A stretch of 64,000 nucleotides of DNA, from assembly GCA_050949565.1 (NCBI GenBank), contig JBMNFY010000017.1, forward strand, positions 768,001 to 832,000, in the 5' to 3' direction. The notes under the pieces were generated by a model. It saw nothing but the letters and a program-made list of their open reading frames with translations. It was not told where the DNA came from and did no database searches. The translations under genes were made by a program, and so were the position numbers. Within the stretch, counting starts at the first letter, position 1; every line of letters begins with the position of its first letter. Below, one piece after another: positions 27,885-38,236 of this stretch. Origin of the DNA: Kiritimatiellia bacterium (lineage in GTDB: Bacteria; Verrucomicrobiota; Kiritimatiellia; RFP12; UBA1067).

Positions 27885-29972
27885 ATGCCCAGAACCATAC
27901 CACTGGACAAGATCCGTAATATCGGCATCATGGCGCACATCGACGCAGGAAAGACGACAACCAGCGAGCGCATTCTCTTTTATTCCGGCAAGAACTATAA
28001 AATCGGCGAGGTACACGAAGGCGCCGCCACCATGGACTACATGGCGCAGGAGCAGGAGCGCGGCATCACAATCACCTCGGCCGCGACTGCCGTGATGTGG
28101 CGCGAGCACCAGATCAGCTTGATTGACACCCCCGGACACGTGGACTTTACGGCCGAAGTGGAGCGTTCGCTGCGCGTGCTTGACGGCGCGATCGCCCTGT
28201 TCTGCGCGGTGGGTGGCGTGCAGCCGCAGACCGAGCAGGTGTGGCGTCAGAGCGAAAAATATGCCGTGCCCAAGCTGTGCATGGTCAACAAGATGGATCG
28301 CGTCGGCGCTAACTTCTTCAACGTGGTCAATGAGATCCGCTACACGCTCGGCGGCAATCCGGTCGTCATGGTCTATCCGATGGGCGCAGGCGAGTCCTTC
28401 CGAGGTGTGATCGATCTGCTGACAATGAAAGCGCTGACCTTTGACGATGCCTCGCGCGGCATCAAGGTTATCGAGCAGGAAATCCCAGAAGAGTATCGTG
28501 AGGAGTGCGAACGTCTGCGTGTCGAACTGGTCGAGAAAGCGGCCGAGCAGGACGATGCCCTGATGAACAAGTACTTTGAAACCGGCGAGTTGACCATCGA
28601 AGAGATCAAGGATGGTATACGCAAAGGCACTATCGCGCGCACGATCGTCCCCACCTTCTGCGGCACGGCATTCAAAAACAAAGGCATCCAACCGCTACTC
28701 AACGGTGTGATCGACTATCTGCCTTCACCTCTGGATGTTGGCGTCGTGGCCTCTGCCGACAATCCGGACGATAAGCGTAACCCGGACGACAAAGAGCCAT
28801 TCGCGGGGCTGGTGTTCAAGATTGCCACAGATAAGCACATGGGTAAGATCGCCTTTGTGCGTATTTACTCGGGAACGCTGAACGTGGGCGACACGGTCCT
28901 CAACAGCACGATGGATCAAGACTGCCGTATCGGACGCCTCTTCCGCATGCACGCCAACCATCAGGAAGCGTTGGAAGAAGCACATGCGGGCGATATCGTG
29001 GCTGTAATCGGTCTCTCGAAATCACGTACCGGCGACACGATCTGCGACCCGAAGAGCCCCATCGTGTTGGAGTCAATTGAGTTCCCCGCGCCGGTGATTG
29101 CGATTGCGATCCGCCCGGCTTCGCGCGGCGACAACGAGAAACTCGGCAACGCGCTGAACGCATTGGCGCAGGAAGACCCGACTTTCGTCGTTACCTTCGA
29201 CCAAGAGACCAGCGAGACCATTATCGCCGGCATGGGTGAACTTCACCTCGAGATCATTGTGGATCGTTTGCGCCGCGAGTTCGGCGTCGTATGCGAGGTC
29301 GGCAAGCCCGAGGTCGCCTACCGCGAGACGATCCGCCATCAAGTCGATGGCGAATACAAACACGTCAAGCAGTCCGGCGGTCGCGGCCAGTACGCTCACG
29401 TCTGTCTGCGTATTGAGCCACAAGAGCCGGGACGCGGCTTCTCCTTTGTCAACGAGGTCAAGGGCGGCGTGATCCCCAGCGAATACATCCCTGCCGTCCA
29501 GAAGGGTATTCTCAAGGCCATGGAGAGCGGCCCCTGCGGCGGCTTCCCCGTGGTGGACGTCAGAGTGGTCGTCTATTTCGGCTCGTACCACGAGGTCGAC
29601 TCGAACGAATTCGCTTTCGTCGAATGTGCGCGCCAGTGCTTCAGGCAACTCTTCCTCAAGGGCAACCCGCAGCTTCTGGAGCCGGTCATGAGCGTCGAGG
29701 TGGCGGTGCCCGAAGAGTATATGGGCACGGCGACCGGCTCGATCTGCTCGCGTCGCGGCCGCGTCGATGGCATGGACGACAAAGGTGGCAATAAGCTGGT
29801 GCGCGGCTTCGTCCCGCTCAGTGAGATGTTCGGCTATTCCAACGCGATCCGCACGGTCACCCAGGGACGCGGCACCTTCACGATGACCTTCGAGCGTTAC
29901 GAGGGCGTGCCCTTCGAACTCGCCGAGGCGATCATCGAGAAACGCAAGAAGGAAGGCAAAGTCCGCGGCTAG
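27885..29972 (+). CDS. fusA: Elongation factor G (stand-alone copy)
   Basis: AHIDAGKTT, ERGITI, DTPGHVDF, NKMD, GMGELHLEI, QSGGRGQY, SYHEVDS; no rpsL/rpsG/tuf neighbours. Confidence 0.97.
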   Translation: MPRTIPLDKIRNIGIMAHIDAGKTTTSERILFYSGKNYKIGEVHEGAATMDYMAQEQERGITITSAATAVMWREHQISLIDTPGHVDFTAEVERSLRVLDGAIALFCAVGGVQPQTEQVWRQSEKYAVPKLCMVNKMDRVGANFFNVVNEIRYTLGGNPVVMVYPMGAGESFRGVIDLLTMKALTFDDASRGIKVIEQEIPEEYREECERLRVELVEKAAEQDDALMNKYFETGELTIEEIKDGIRKGTIARTIVPTFCGTAFKNKGIQPLLNGVIDYLPSPLDVGVVASADNPDDKRNPDDKEPFAGLVFKIATDKHMGKIAFVRIYSGTLNVGDTVLNSTMDQDCRIGRLFRMHANHQEALEEAHAGDIVAVIGLSKSRTGDTICDPKSPIVLESIEFPAPVIAIAIRPASRGDNEKLGNALNALAQEDPTFVVTFDQETSETIIAGMGELHLEIIVDRLRREFGVVCEVGKPEVAYRETIRHQVDGEYKHVKQSGGRGQYAHVCLRIEPQEPGRGFSFVNEVKGGVIPSEYIPAVQKGILKAMESGPCGGFPVVDVRVVVYFGSYHEVDSNEFAFVECARQCFRQLFLKGNPQLLEPVMSVEVAVPEEYMGTATGSICSRRGRVDGMDDKGGNKLVRGFVPLSEMFGYSNAIRTVTQGRGTFTMTFERYEGVPFELAEAIIEKRKKEGKVRG

Positions 29973-30199
29973 CGTAACCGGTTCCAGGGTTCCAAGGTTT
30001 CAGCCTAAAAAGAGCAGTTGGGTGTGCGGATTTTGAGCAAAGCCCCGTAAGCATTGGGTTTCATCGCGATCCTCGCCGCACCTGTTTGGTGCAACACAGA
30101 GCGGTGCTTTGGACTCAAAATAGACGCGAGGCACACAGCATTTTTGGACGACAACGGTACAGGTGTTTAGACGCACTACCGGCCCAAAGAGCCAGATGC

Positions 30200-30262
30200 A
30201 CCATAGCCCGGGGCTGCGCTGCGCTTGCCCTGGGCTAAGGTGAAGCCGCCCCTTCGGGGCTG
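30200..30262. repeat. REP-like palindromic element truncating a gene
   Basis: AGCCCGGGGCTGCGCTGCGCTTGCCCTGGGCT and GCCCCTTCGGGGC hairpins. Confidence 0.6.
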
Positions 30263-30264
30263 TG

Positions 30265-30621
30265 ACTCCGCGCCAGTTGAGCGTCACGCTGACCCCGCCA
30301 AGGAACTCTTCCTTAGCCCCTGCAGCTACCTTGTTGCCTTTGGTATCGACAACCTTCCCGACAAACACCCAGTCGCATAATTTTGTCAATTGCCCGAGGG
30401 TGCCTAACGAACCACTTGCGTCATTGTTATAGGGCAATTTCTTGTTTATGCGTTCCCGAATCTCTTTTTGTTCCCTGCTCTTGCGGCGATAACGGTTTGG
30501 GCGCTGGCATATCCAACTCAGGCGGCAATCTTACCACGACATCCGCTCTCTCTGCCTTAGCTTGAAATGTCATCAATAACAGGCCAACGAAAAACAACCG
30601 TCTATTCATGATTGGTTTCAT
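30265..30621 (-). pseudogene. Probable frameshifted, truncated exported protein
   Basis: Signal peptide (MNRRLFFVGLLLMTFQAKA) ORF 30427-30621 appears to continue in another frame (LGQLTKLCDWVFVGKVVD) until the REP element. Confidence 0.45.
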
Positions 30622-31037
30622 TTGTTCGTGCCTGCATCGGTTGGGATTTCTGTTGTTGCCACCTGTTTTTCCAATTTTCCGTCTGCCGTTTTTTTTATTT
30701 TATAGGTCGTTTTTATGACCGGCCTCGATGCCGTTTTTGCCGGGATCGCGTTGCTTGAAAGTGATAACGGAGGCGATGCCGGGTTCCGCCGTTGGAAAAT
30801 GCGTGCGGCTTGATGAACCCATTCTGAATCGACTGCATTTGTGCTTGTGCTTTCAATCAATCTACGCGCCTTCTCCATGTCTCCGATGAGAGCCGTCATC
30901 CGCTCAACTTCGTTTGAGGCATGACACATACATTGAACAACAACGAAACATGATAACCAAGCACTTACACGTTTGTTGGACGAAAGATACCATTCATTTT
31001 TCCTGTATCGCTTGGGTGTCACGTTTGACACCTTCAA
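30618..31037 (-). CDS. Hypothetical small protein, start uncertain
   Basis: ORF with a hydrophobic stretch near the N-terminus; stop overlaps the next ATG (ATGA). Confidence 0.45.
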   Translation of the reverse strand: MKVSNVTPKRYRKNEWYLSSNKRVSAWLSCFVVVQCMCHASNEVERMTALIGDMEKARRLIESTSTNAVDSEWVHQAARIFQRRNPASPPLSLSSNAIPAKTASRPVIKTTYKIKKTADGKLEKQVATTEIPTDAGTNK

Positions 31038-31158
31038 GAAGCTTCCGCCTTAGCTCTTCATCCGTAACGATTTCATCAACGGCAGCCAGTACTTTCTGAT
31101 ACCCCTTGGGATTGGCTTTGCAAACAGATTGCATTTCCTGTGTCTCCTTGTCAACGCA

Positions 31159-31854
31159 TTAAAACCGTTGCGGCTTGGGCAATCTGACGCGAATCGGTGT
31201 CTTCTCAACTGGGGGCGGGGTCGCCTCACCTTTCCCTGCACAGGGATCGCCATAGACCTCTATTTCTGTGTAGTGGTTGAAGTCGTATGTTTTCCCTTGA
31301 TCCATGATGCTCCCGTTGCTGTAAACTCGGACGTACCGGGCTTTGACACCGTTGACCGGAATTGAACGGCCCATGAAGGTTTCGATGTACTCCTTGTCTG
31401 TCCCTGCCCCCAGCCCGGCCGTGTTGTCGTGATCGTTGTTGAAAACGGTTTCCACGTTTTCCTTGAACATAACATCTGTGGAAAGTTGAATCACGACATC
31501 ACGGCAGACGTGAGGTTGGGGAAGGGTGCGCCAGATAAAAACGGCGTAGACGGACTGCGTCTTGCCGAGATCAATCTGTACCCATTGAAGCCCCGGGGCG
31601 AGTTTCACGGAAAACCCCTCGCCGCACTCTTTGTTGCCGTCAGTGATAACAGCAAGCGCTTCTGAGCCTACTTGAGTGTCGCTTGAAGAAACAGCACATC
31701 CAGAGGAGAGCAGCTTATCGCAACCCACGGGCACCATGATCGGCGGGCGAGGCTTCGCGCCGCGTGAAGGCTCGAGATTCGGAGACCGAATATCCAAAGG
31801 TCTCGCCGAAAGCGCTAACGGCAACAGCATCAAAACAAATCGAGTTTTCATCAT
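31159..31854 (-). CDS. Exported F5/8 type C (discoidin)-domain protein following cassette 3
   Basis: RBS GGAGGG, signal peptide MMKTRFVLMLLPLALSA, QWVQIDLG, ARYVRVYS, EIEVYG. Confidence 0.75.
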   Translation of the reverse strand: MMKTRFVLMLLPLALSARPLDIRSPNLEPSRGAKPRPPIMVPVGCDKLLSSGCAVSSSDTQVGSEALAVITDGNKECGEGFSVKLAPGLQWVQIDLGKTQSVYAVFIWRTLPQPHVCRDVVIQLSTDVMFKENVETVFNNDHDNTAGLGAGTDKEYIETFMGRSIPVNGVKARYVRVYSNGSIMDQGKTYDFNHYTEIEVYGDPCAGKGEATPPPVEKTPIRVRLPKPQRF

Positions 31855-31864
31855 TTTCCCTCCG

Positions 31865-33689
31865 TTATGGATCAATAAAATGGGGGTATTGCTCCCCCGA
31901 ACTAATTTCAGCCCCTGATGCCCCTTTTGTTACACGGAAGGTGACATTTGTGTCATTCCCCGCTACTGTAACAACCAGTCGAAAATCTTGACGAACCGTC
32001 GCTATCTGTTCGAGTGAGCCGGTGCCGACCTTATAACTCCAAACAATATCCCAGTACGCATAACCATCCGTAAAAGGTTGTTCTGCGGCATATCCGCTGA
32101 TTGTATCGCCCTGCTCCCAGTTTCCTCGGGTTCCTTTCCCTGAAACCCAGACAGCCCCAGGGCCTAACGGACGTGGCGAGTCTTCCCATGAATCATGCGG
32201 GTCAAAAGGGTGGTCGGCAAAATAACCGGGTGGCGTCTGGGTTTGCGCCCCACCTTCACAAACTGCAATGTTATAGAAATTAACTGAGTCCGGTTGAAAG
32301 TAAACGTCAGCTCCATACGCAACATGGAAAAAAGACTGATTTGGAAACGAAGAGCCAAACGGCCCCGACATATTTTCAAAAAGAATTCCTTGTGGCTGGA
32401 TTATATTTAATGTGATTGAATCTAACGTTGTTCCGGCGTCCGTGGTTGCATTAATCACGGCAACCGCGGTGCGATCAGGGGCGGTAAAGGTGATCGTGTC
32501 GCCGGTGTATCCGCTGACTTGCCCCCCTCCTTCTGTCACATTCCAAAGCACTCCGCTCAAGCCCTCGGGAACCAGCGAGAGCTTGACCTCCTCCCCGACT
32601 CCGATGGTTTTCCGCGCGCGGTTGGGCGGCGAGGTGGCGACGGTCTCGGTGACGATTCTCGGCACGATGATCCTGCCGGTTTCGCCGATGGTGATGTCAA
32701 ACTCGTTGCCGTGCCTCTCCTCCGTCAGCAGGCCGTACGAGTCTTCGACGATGAACGCGCCGGTGCCGTACAGTCCCTCGCGCGCGCCCGCCCACCCGCG
32801 CCGAGTCGTTGATCAGCGCCTGCCAGTCGTAATCGGGCTTCGGCGTGTCGTCGTACTCCGGGTCGGTGGCGACCCGCCGTAATTTAAAGGTATACGCCTT
32901 GCCTTTGACGAGCGCGTACTCTGCGGAGCCCGGCGTGCCGAAGCCGTCGTCGCAGTGGCGCACGACGGCTTTCCCCGTGGCCACTTCGAACACCTCGAAG
33001 TTCCAGCGCTCGGAATTACTGCTGCTCGGGTCGCCCACGGTGAGACTGAGCGTCACGCAGTTGGCCGGGTTGCCCTCGTCGTCCGGGTCGCAGGGACAGG
33101 AGCCGGGGCTGTGCGGCACCTCGTCGCCGTCCCGGACGCCGTCGCCGTCGGTGTCGGGGTTGGTCGGGTCGGTGCAGTAGCGGTATTCGTCGAGCAGTCC
33201 GAGGCCGTCGCCGTCGGCGTCCCAGACGGGCTGTTCGTCGTGGCGCACTCGCAGGGGCTCAGGCCGTACTGCAGTTCCCAGCCGTCGGGCAGCATGTCGC
33301 CGTCGCTGTCCCAGACCAGCGGGTCCAGACACGGCCAAACGGCCTTCAGGGCGACCTCGTCGCCGTCGGTCAGACCGTCGCCGTCGGTGTCCTCCAACAG
33401 CGGATTGGTATTGTGGACGTTCACCTCGTCGCCGTCTTCGAGGCCGTCGTCATCGGTGTCCTCGTTGAACGGATCCGTGCCGTGCTGATATTCCTGAAGG
33501 TTGGTCAGCCCGTCGTCATCCGGGTCGTCCGCCACGCCGTGTATGCCGTCGGTCTGGACCACGCGCGGGTTGAAATCATAGCGCACCTCCCATCCGTCGG
33601 GCAGGCCGTCGCCGTCGGTGTCGGGGTCCAGCGGATTGGTGTTGTGGACGTTGACCTCATCGCCGTCTGAGAGGCCGTCGCCGTCGGTG
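31865..33689 (-). pseudogene. Silent C-terminal cassette 3: DxDxDG repeats, conserved module and an unknown ~265-aa tip
   Basis: 32659-33689 is a near-copy of 39072-40087 of the 1717-aa gene. It lacks a signal peptide, carries a 1-bp deletion (~33228) and a 4-bp insertion (~32793), and diverges right after GRIIVPRI. Tip ORF 31865-32665 is intact. Confidence 0.85.
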
Positions 33690-33729
33690 GCGTCATTTTT
33701 GGGGGCTGAGTCGTGCGCCGAATACGAAC

Positions 33730-34812
33730 TCATGCAGGGCCGCGCTTTCTGCGGAGGCCGAACCACAGCGCTAATACGCCGAGAAGTCCCGCGATGGCGG
33801 CGAGCGCATAGAAACTCTTGCGTCCCGTCTCGGTCGATTTTTCTTGCGCGGCGTCGGTAGTGTCTGGAGCATCCGGCGGCGTCTCAAGGGCGATCCGCCC
33901 TTCTTCCGGCAACGGCTGGCTGAAATCGCGTTCTTTCAGCGCGGAGAGGTTAGTGTTGATACTGCTGAGAACTTTTAACTTGCGCATAGCCTCCAGCCGC
34001 GATTCCAATTCTCGCTTTGTCCGTTCCCGCCGTTCTGGGAACGGTTGTGCAAGAGCTCGTTCCAGCAGGGATAGACGTTCTTTGGATTTGGCGTATGTGG
34101 GGCTCATTTCGCAGAGCCAACCGTCTCCGCTACGGAAGACCCAATGTGTCGTTTCGTGGGACAAGCCGACTTGAAGGGCTTCACAAATGGCCAGTTTTTT
34201 CTCAGGAGACGATTCTTTCCAGGCTGTGTTCGCAACAGCGTAGACTCCAGAACGGTCCATATCGCTTGTCATTCGATCTGGACTGACAAGGAAACGCAAT
34301 AGAGCCCCCTTTGCCTCCTCTGCGTCAGCGACATGTAGGTAGGATGAGATAGCGATGACACGTAAAGTACCGCCCTTTGATGTGTCCGACGCCAAATCCA
34401 GAAGGAACGTTTTTGAGGCGACATCTTCACAAGCACCCAACCAGAAAACGGCACCCCTCATCCACCTTTCCGCATTTTTCAGCACTTGCATGTCCTGCGA
34501 TTCTTGGTTTCTTGCTTGTATCGTCGCTTCCGCTTCCCGATAGATATCTATCAACACCGCATGAAACCGTTCATCCGAAATGTTGGTGTCTTTCTTGAAC
34601 CTGACACCTTCGCTCCAGATGGACCAGTCTTCCGTCACCACGTCCACATCATGATCCACCATAAATTCCCGCCTGAGCATAGATTTCAAGTTTTCATCGT
34701 CTGGTGCCGATTCCTGTCGTGCGGTCTGGCCGAGAACTGGCTCCGCGCCATCCAGCGGAGTGACACAGGAAGCCGCAAACAACAGAACTATTCTAAACAA
34801 GATTCGCTTCAT
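33730..34812 (-). CDS. Putative immunity protein for cassette 2 (signal peptide, helical core, C-terminal TM anchor)
   Basis: 12 bp downstream of the cassette 2 stop with RBS AAAGGAG; N-terminal signal; C-terminal FYALAAIAGLLGVLALWFGLRRKR. Function inferred from position. Confidence 0.65.
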   Translation of the reverse strand: MKRILFRIVLLFAASCVTPLDGAEPVLGQTARQESAPDDENLKSMLRREFMVDHDVDVVTEDWSIWSEGVRFKKDTNISDERFHAVLIDIYREAEATIQARNQESQDMQVLKNAERWMRGAVFWLGACEDVASKTFLLDLASDTSKGGTLRVIAISSYLHVADAEEAKGALLRFLVSPDRMTSDMDRSGVYAVANTAWKESSPEKKLAICEALQVGLSHETTHWVFRSGDGWLCEMSPTYAKSKERLSLLERALAQPFPERRERTKRELESRLEAMRKLKVLSSINTNLSALKERDFSQPLPEEGRIALETPPDAPDTTDAAQEKSTETGRKSFYALAAIAGLLGVLALWFGLRRKRGPA

Positions 34813-34824
34813 GACACGCTCCTT

Positions 34825-36290
34825 TCAATGTCTGGGTTCCCGGAAACCCATAGCGTCCAGCCCCACGCCGACCGGGTAGGGATCCGGCAGGGCGGGGCCG
34901 GTTCCCGACACGTTGCCGATCGCGATATCCCACTTCTGCGGATTCGCCAAGTAGAACATCAGCAGACGCTGCACCAGTTCGCCATGCGTGAGGCCGGGAT
35001 CATGGTGTCCCGTGCCCTCCCCGCCGCTCCAGTTGGATGATCCGGAGCGGGCTTCGCTCACGGCATCATTGGCGCGATCATAGCGGATATCGCTCATGCC
35101 GCACGCATGCCCGATCTCGTGCGCCAGCGTACTCAGAGGTGCGCCTGATTCTACCGCCAACCCGCGTCGTGGGTCGCCGTACGCAAGATTCATGTCTGAA
35201 TGAATGCCAGCGGCGGACATATAGGTAATGTTATCAACGCAGTACAACTCAAGTCCGCCTGTCAAATTAGTATAAGAGCACATTTGACGGAATTCAGTGG
35301 AGTTTTCAATTACGAACCATTCGTCATGGTCGTGTACATGCTCTATCCCTGCCACATAGAAGCTCATGGCCGCTTGTTTGTAGATGCGGTTGGCTTCGGC
35401 GATCCAAGCGTCGACCGTGTCGGTGCTGACCGCCGCCACACCGTTGGAGTCGCAGATGATGTAGGCATGGATCGGCGTGACGGTCGGCTCCAGCACCCGC
35501 CCGTGGATGTAGGGACAGTCGGTCTCGGGCACGTCGCCGATCCGCACCTCCAGCTTGAAGTCCGATTCCACGGCCCCGCCCCGAATGATCGCCTCGCGCC
35601 CGGTGTTGTGGTTGCTGTAGAAGGTCACGCCGCCGTGGGCGACACTCCAGTGGATGTCCCCGTCCGTGACCGCGTCCTCCGGATCGACCTCGACGCGGTA
35701 CACCGCCAGCCCGCCCGCCGCCACGCCGGAGGGGTTGACGATGACGCCCGCGCCGACCGTGCCGCACGTGATGGGCTCCAGCTTGATCCTCGGCACGATG
35801 ATCCTGCCCTCTTTGCCGACCGTCATGTTGTTGAGTCCACCGTCCGTGTGTTCGGTCAGAAGCTGATCCGGATCTTCGACGATGAACGCGCCAGTATCGT
35901 ACAGTCCCTCGCGCGCGCCCGCCTCGTCCGAGCCGTTGATCAGCGCCTGCCAATCGAAGTCGGGGCCGTAAGAGCCAAGGTTGGTGGCGACCCATTTCAG
36001 GCTGAAGGTGTACGCCTTGCCCTTGACCAGCGCGTACTCTGCGGAGCCGGGCGTGCCGAAGTTTTGGTCGCAGTGGTGGTAGACGGCTTTTCCCGTGGCC
36101 TCCTCGAAGACATCCAGGTTCCAGCGCTCGGAATGGCTTCCGCTCGAGTCGCCCACGGTGAGTTTCAGCGTCACGCAGTTGGTGGAACTCCCGCCGTCCG
36201 AGGCGTCGGTCGGACAGGAACCGGGGCTGTGCGGCACCTCGTCGCCATCCCAGACGCCGTCGCCGTCCAGGTTGAACGGGTTTTTGTGTG
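34825..36290 (-). pseudogene. Headless C-terminal cassette 2: conserved module plus zinc metalloprotease tip
   Basis: NPFNLDGDGVWDGDEVPHSPGSCP...GKEGRIIVPRI is homologous to the main gene. Tip has TLAHEIGHACGMSD (HExxHxxGxxD) and a later LLM Met-turn-like motif. Frame intact but no signal peptide; the ORF-track start at 36486 lies inside the preceding gene. Confidence 0.8.
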
Positions 36291-36383
36291 TGTCTCGCAT
36301 CTTTCGAAAAGCTCCACATTCGCGGGCTTTTGCTCTCATCGATATTGCTCCAAGTTTTTTTGAGAAAACCACTCGTGCTGGTA

Positions 36384-37244
36384 CTATTCGAAACGCTCTT
36401 GTGTTTTTCTGCAAAACAACAACAAAAACCCGACACACACAAGGATTGCAATACATCCCAAAAGCACAACCAGCACAAGCCTGCAACTATGTTTTTTCGG
36501 ATGGGTTTGTTCACAAGGGGCTTCGACCAGCGTTTCTTCGGTACGATCAATGATGGAAGGATTGATTGGTCTCGCTTCAGTGACGGATAAAGTTCCTAAT
36601 GTGCCTTGCGAAGCAGATTTCTGGACGATTGGCTTTCGGGGCTGTTTGGAATTGGCTACTTGATCCTCTCGCATCGCCGCCTCGAACTGTTCCAGTTTCC
36701 TGCGGCTCTCACCTGTAAGCAGACGGTCATATTGATCTACTAAGTCTGGCCGATCATGAAATATCTTTCGAGACCGGACCACTATACCTTGAATGTCTGG
36801 TTTGTCATACTCGCGAACAAGGAGCCCAGACAAGCGCCCTTCCGTTGGACTCTGGGCCCATTTAAAGAACTTCCTGTCAATCTTACCAGCTTCCACGGCA
36901 TCTGCCATTGCATTCAAGAACGCGACGAACGTGGCCCTTGTCATTTCCCACGTAGACATGGCGATAATGGCTATTTGGTAGTCATTGGACGTTATCTCAT
37001 CAAGATGCGTAAGGATGAATTCAGACGAAGCCGCCAATTCTTTCTGGAAGGCAACATAGGCCTCTTTTTTCCCAAGGATAAAATAACTGTCGATAAAGCC
37101 CACCCCATCCTCAATGCCCATCCTTCGGGCTTCTGCTTCAAGGCGTTGAACACGTTCTCGATAATAAGCAATACTGTTCGCCTGTATGGCTATGGGGATC
37201 ATGCTTACACTTATCAACGCGAGTAATGGCAGAAACATTTTCAT
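36384..37244 (-). CDS. Orphan putative immunity protein, paralogue of 37403-38236
   Basis: Shares DRKFFxWAQxPxEGxL and LTGESxxKLExxEA with 37403-38236; signal peptide and C-terminal TM. Confidence 0.75.
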   Translation of the reverse strand: MKMFLPLLALISVSMIPIAIQANSIAYYRERVQRLEAEARRMGIEDGVGFIDSYFILGKKEAYVAFQKELAASSEFILTHLDEITSNDYQIAIIAMSTWEMTRATFVAFLNAMADAVEAGKIDRKFFKWAQSPTEGRLSGLLVREYDKPDIQGIVVRSRKIFHDRPDLVDQYDRLLTGESRRKLEQFEAAMREDQVANSKQPRKPIVQKSASQGTLGTLSVTEARPINPSIIDRTEETLVEAPCEQTHPKKHSCRLVLVVLLGCIAILVCVGFLLLFCRKTQERFE

Positions 37245-37333
37245 GGCTCATACTTCCTGAATCCTGATGTCCCGTCAAGGAAGAAACGGTACTTCTTGTT
37301 TACTGTTCCGGACACGGAACCTGCACCGATCCC
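37241..37333 (-). pseudogene. 30-codon relic of a toxin C-terminus
   Basis: Translates GIGAGSVSGTVNKKYRFFLDGTSGFRKYEP* vs main gene GIATGSLAGKIHKKYPAFLDGTSGFRKYEP*; stop overlaps the next ATG (ATGA). Confidence 0.85.
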
Positions 37334-37402
37334 GTGATCAAGGGCCGGAAGGCAGAGTCGGATCGTGTCGATTTGCAAACGATAGTTCACAGGGCAATCA
37401 CT

Positions 37403-38236
37403 TCAGAGGCTTCGCAAGAACCAGACCGCAAAGGTGACGATAAAAACCAATGCCACGACAAGCAGGAGCCACACAAAGCCCGACCCCCGAATGGGCGTTG
37501 GAACCGGTGGCAATGGAGGCGCTATCTCATTGCTAACGTTGGAGCCGTATGACTCCAGCGATGTCCGCTCGGTTTGCGTGCACATCGAGGCGGCATGGTT
37601 GTTCGCAGGCGATTTTTCGTTGTTTTGATGTCGAATCGTCCGGCCAGAAGATGGAGGAGCCAATCGTGCCTCATAGTCCTCGAGTTTCTTTTTGCTCTCG
37701 CCCGTCAGCATCGCATCGTAGGTAGCGATCTTCTCAGGGACATCCTGAAATATCTTCTTCGCGCGCATTATGACGGTCTGCGCCTTGCTGTCTGCATGAT
37801 GCTTTATCAACACATTACACAGCCCGCCCTCTGGGGGAAATTGCGCCCACATGAAAAACTTCCTGTCAAGAGTCCCGCTTTCGACAAGTTCGGCAACAGT
37901 GTCAAGGAAATCCAAATAGGATGACACAGCCATTCTGCCGGTAGAGATCATAACCATTGCTTTCCCTGACTCGGTTGGCGCCACTTCATCCAAGTGATGA
38001 AGAACAAACGGCCACGCCTCAACCATCTTGTCTTGGAGAGCGACGCATTCCGCTTTGCGATGTATAACGTGGAACACGTCACCAAGCCCCTCGGCATCAC
38101 GCGCCCCAATAGAACGAGCCTGCATCTCGGCACCGGAAACAAGCCCCCGGATGCTTGCGATTTCATTTGAATCGTCAGCCGAGGCAATCATGGTTCCTTT
38201 AAGCGCCAACGCCAAAAGTACTAATGTTAATTTCAT
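37403..38236 (-). CDS. Putative cognate immunity protein (signal peptide, C-terminal TM anchor)
   Basis: ATG overlaps the stop of the 1717-aa gene (ATGA 38233-38236); N-terminal signal; C-terminal FVWLLLVVALVFIVTFAVWFLR. Confidence 0.75.
   Translation of the reverse strand: MKLTLVLLALALKGTMIASADDSNEIASIRGLVSGAEMQARSIGARDAEGLGDVFHVIHRKAECVALQDKMVEAWPFVLHHLDEVAPTESGKAMVMISTGRMAVSSYLDFLDTVAELVESGTLDRKFFMWAQFPPEGGLCNVLIKHHADSKAQTVIMRAKKIFQDVPEKIATYDAMLTGESKKKLEDYEARLAPPSSGRTIRHQNNEKSPANNHAASMCTQTERTSLESYGSNVSNEIAPPLPPVPTPIRGSGFVWLLLVVALVFIVTFAVWFLRSL

Noticed and set aside
33690-33766. Independent start for cassette 3 (ORF 33053-33766)
   Set aside because: The first 25 codons overlap the upstream gene end and are non-homologous; there is no signal peptide and the frame dies after a frameshift.
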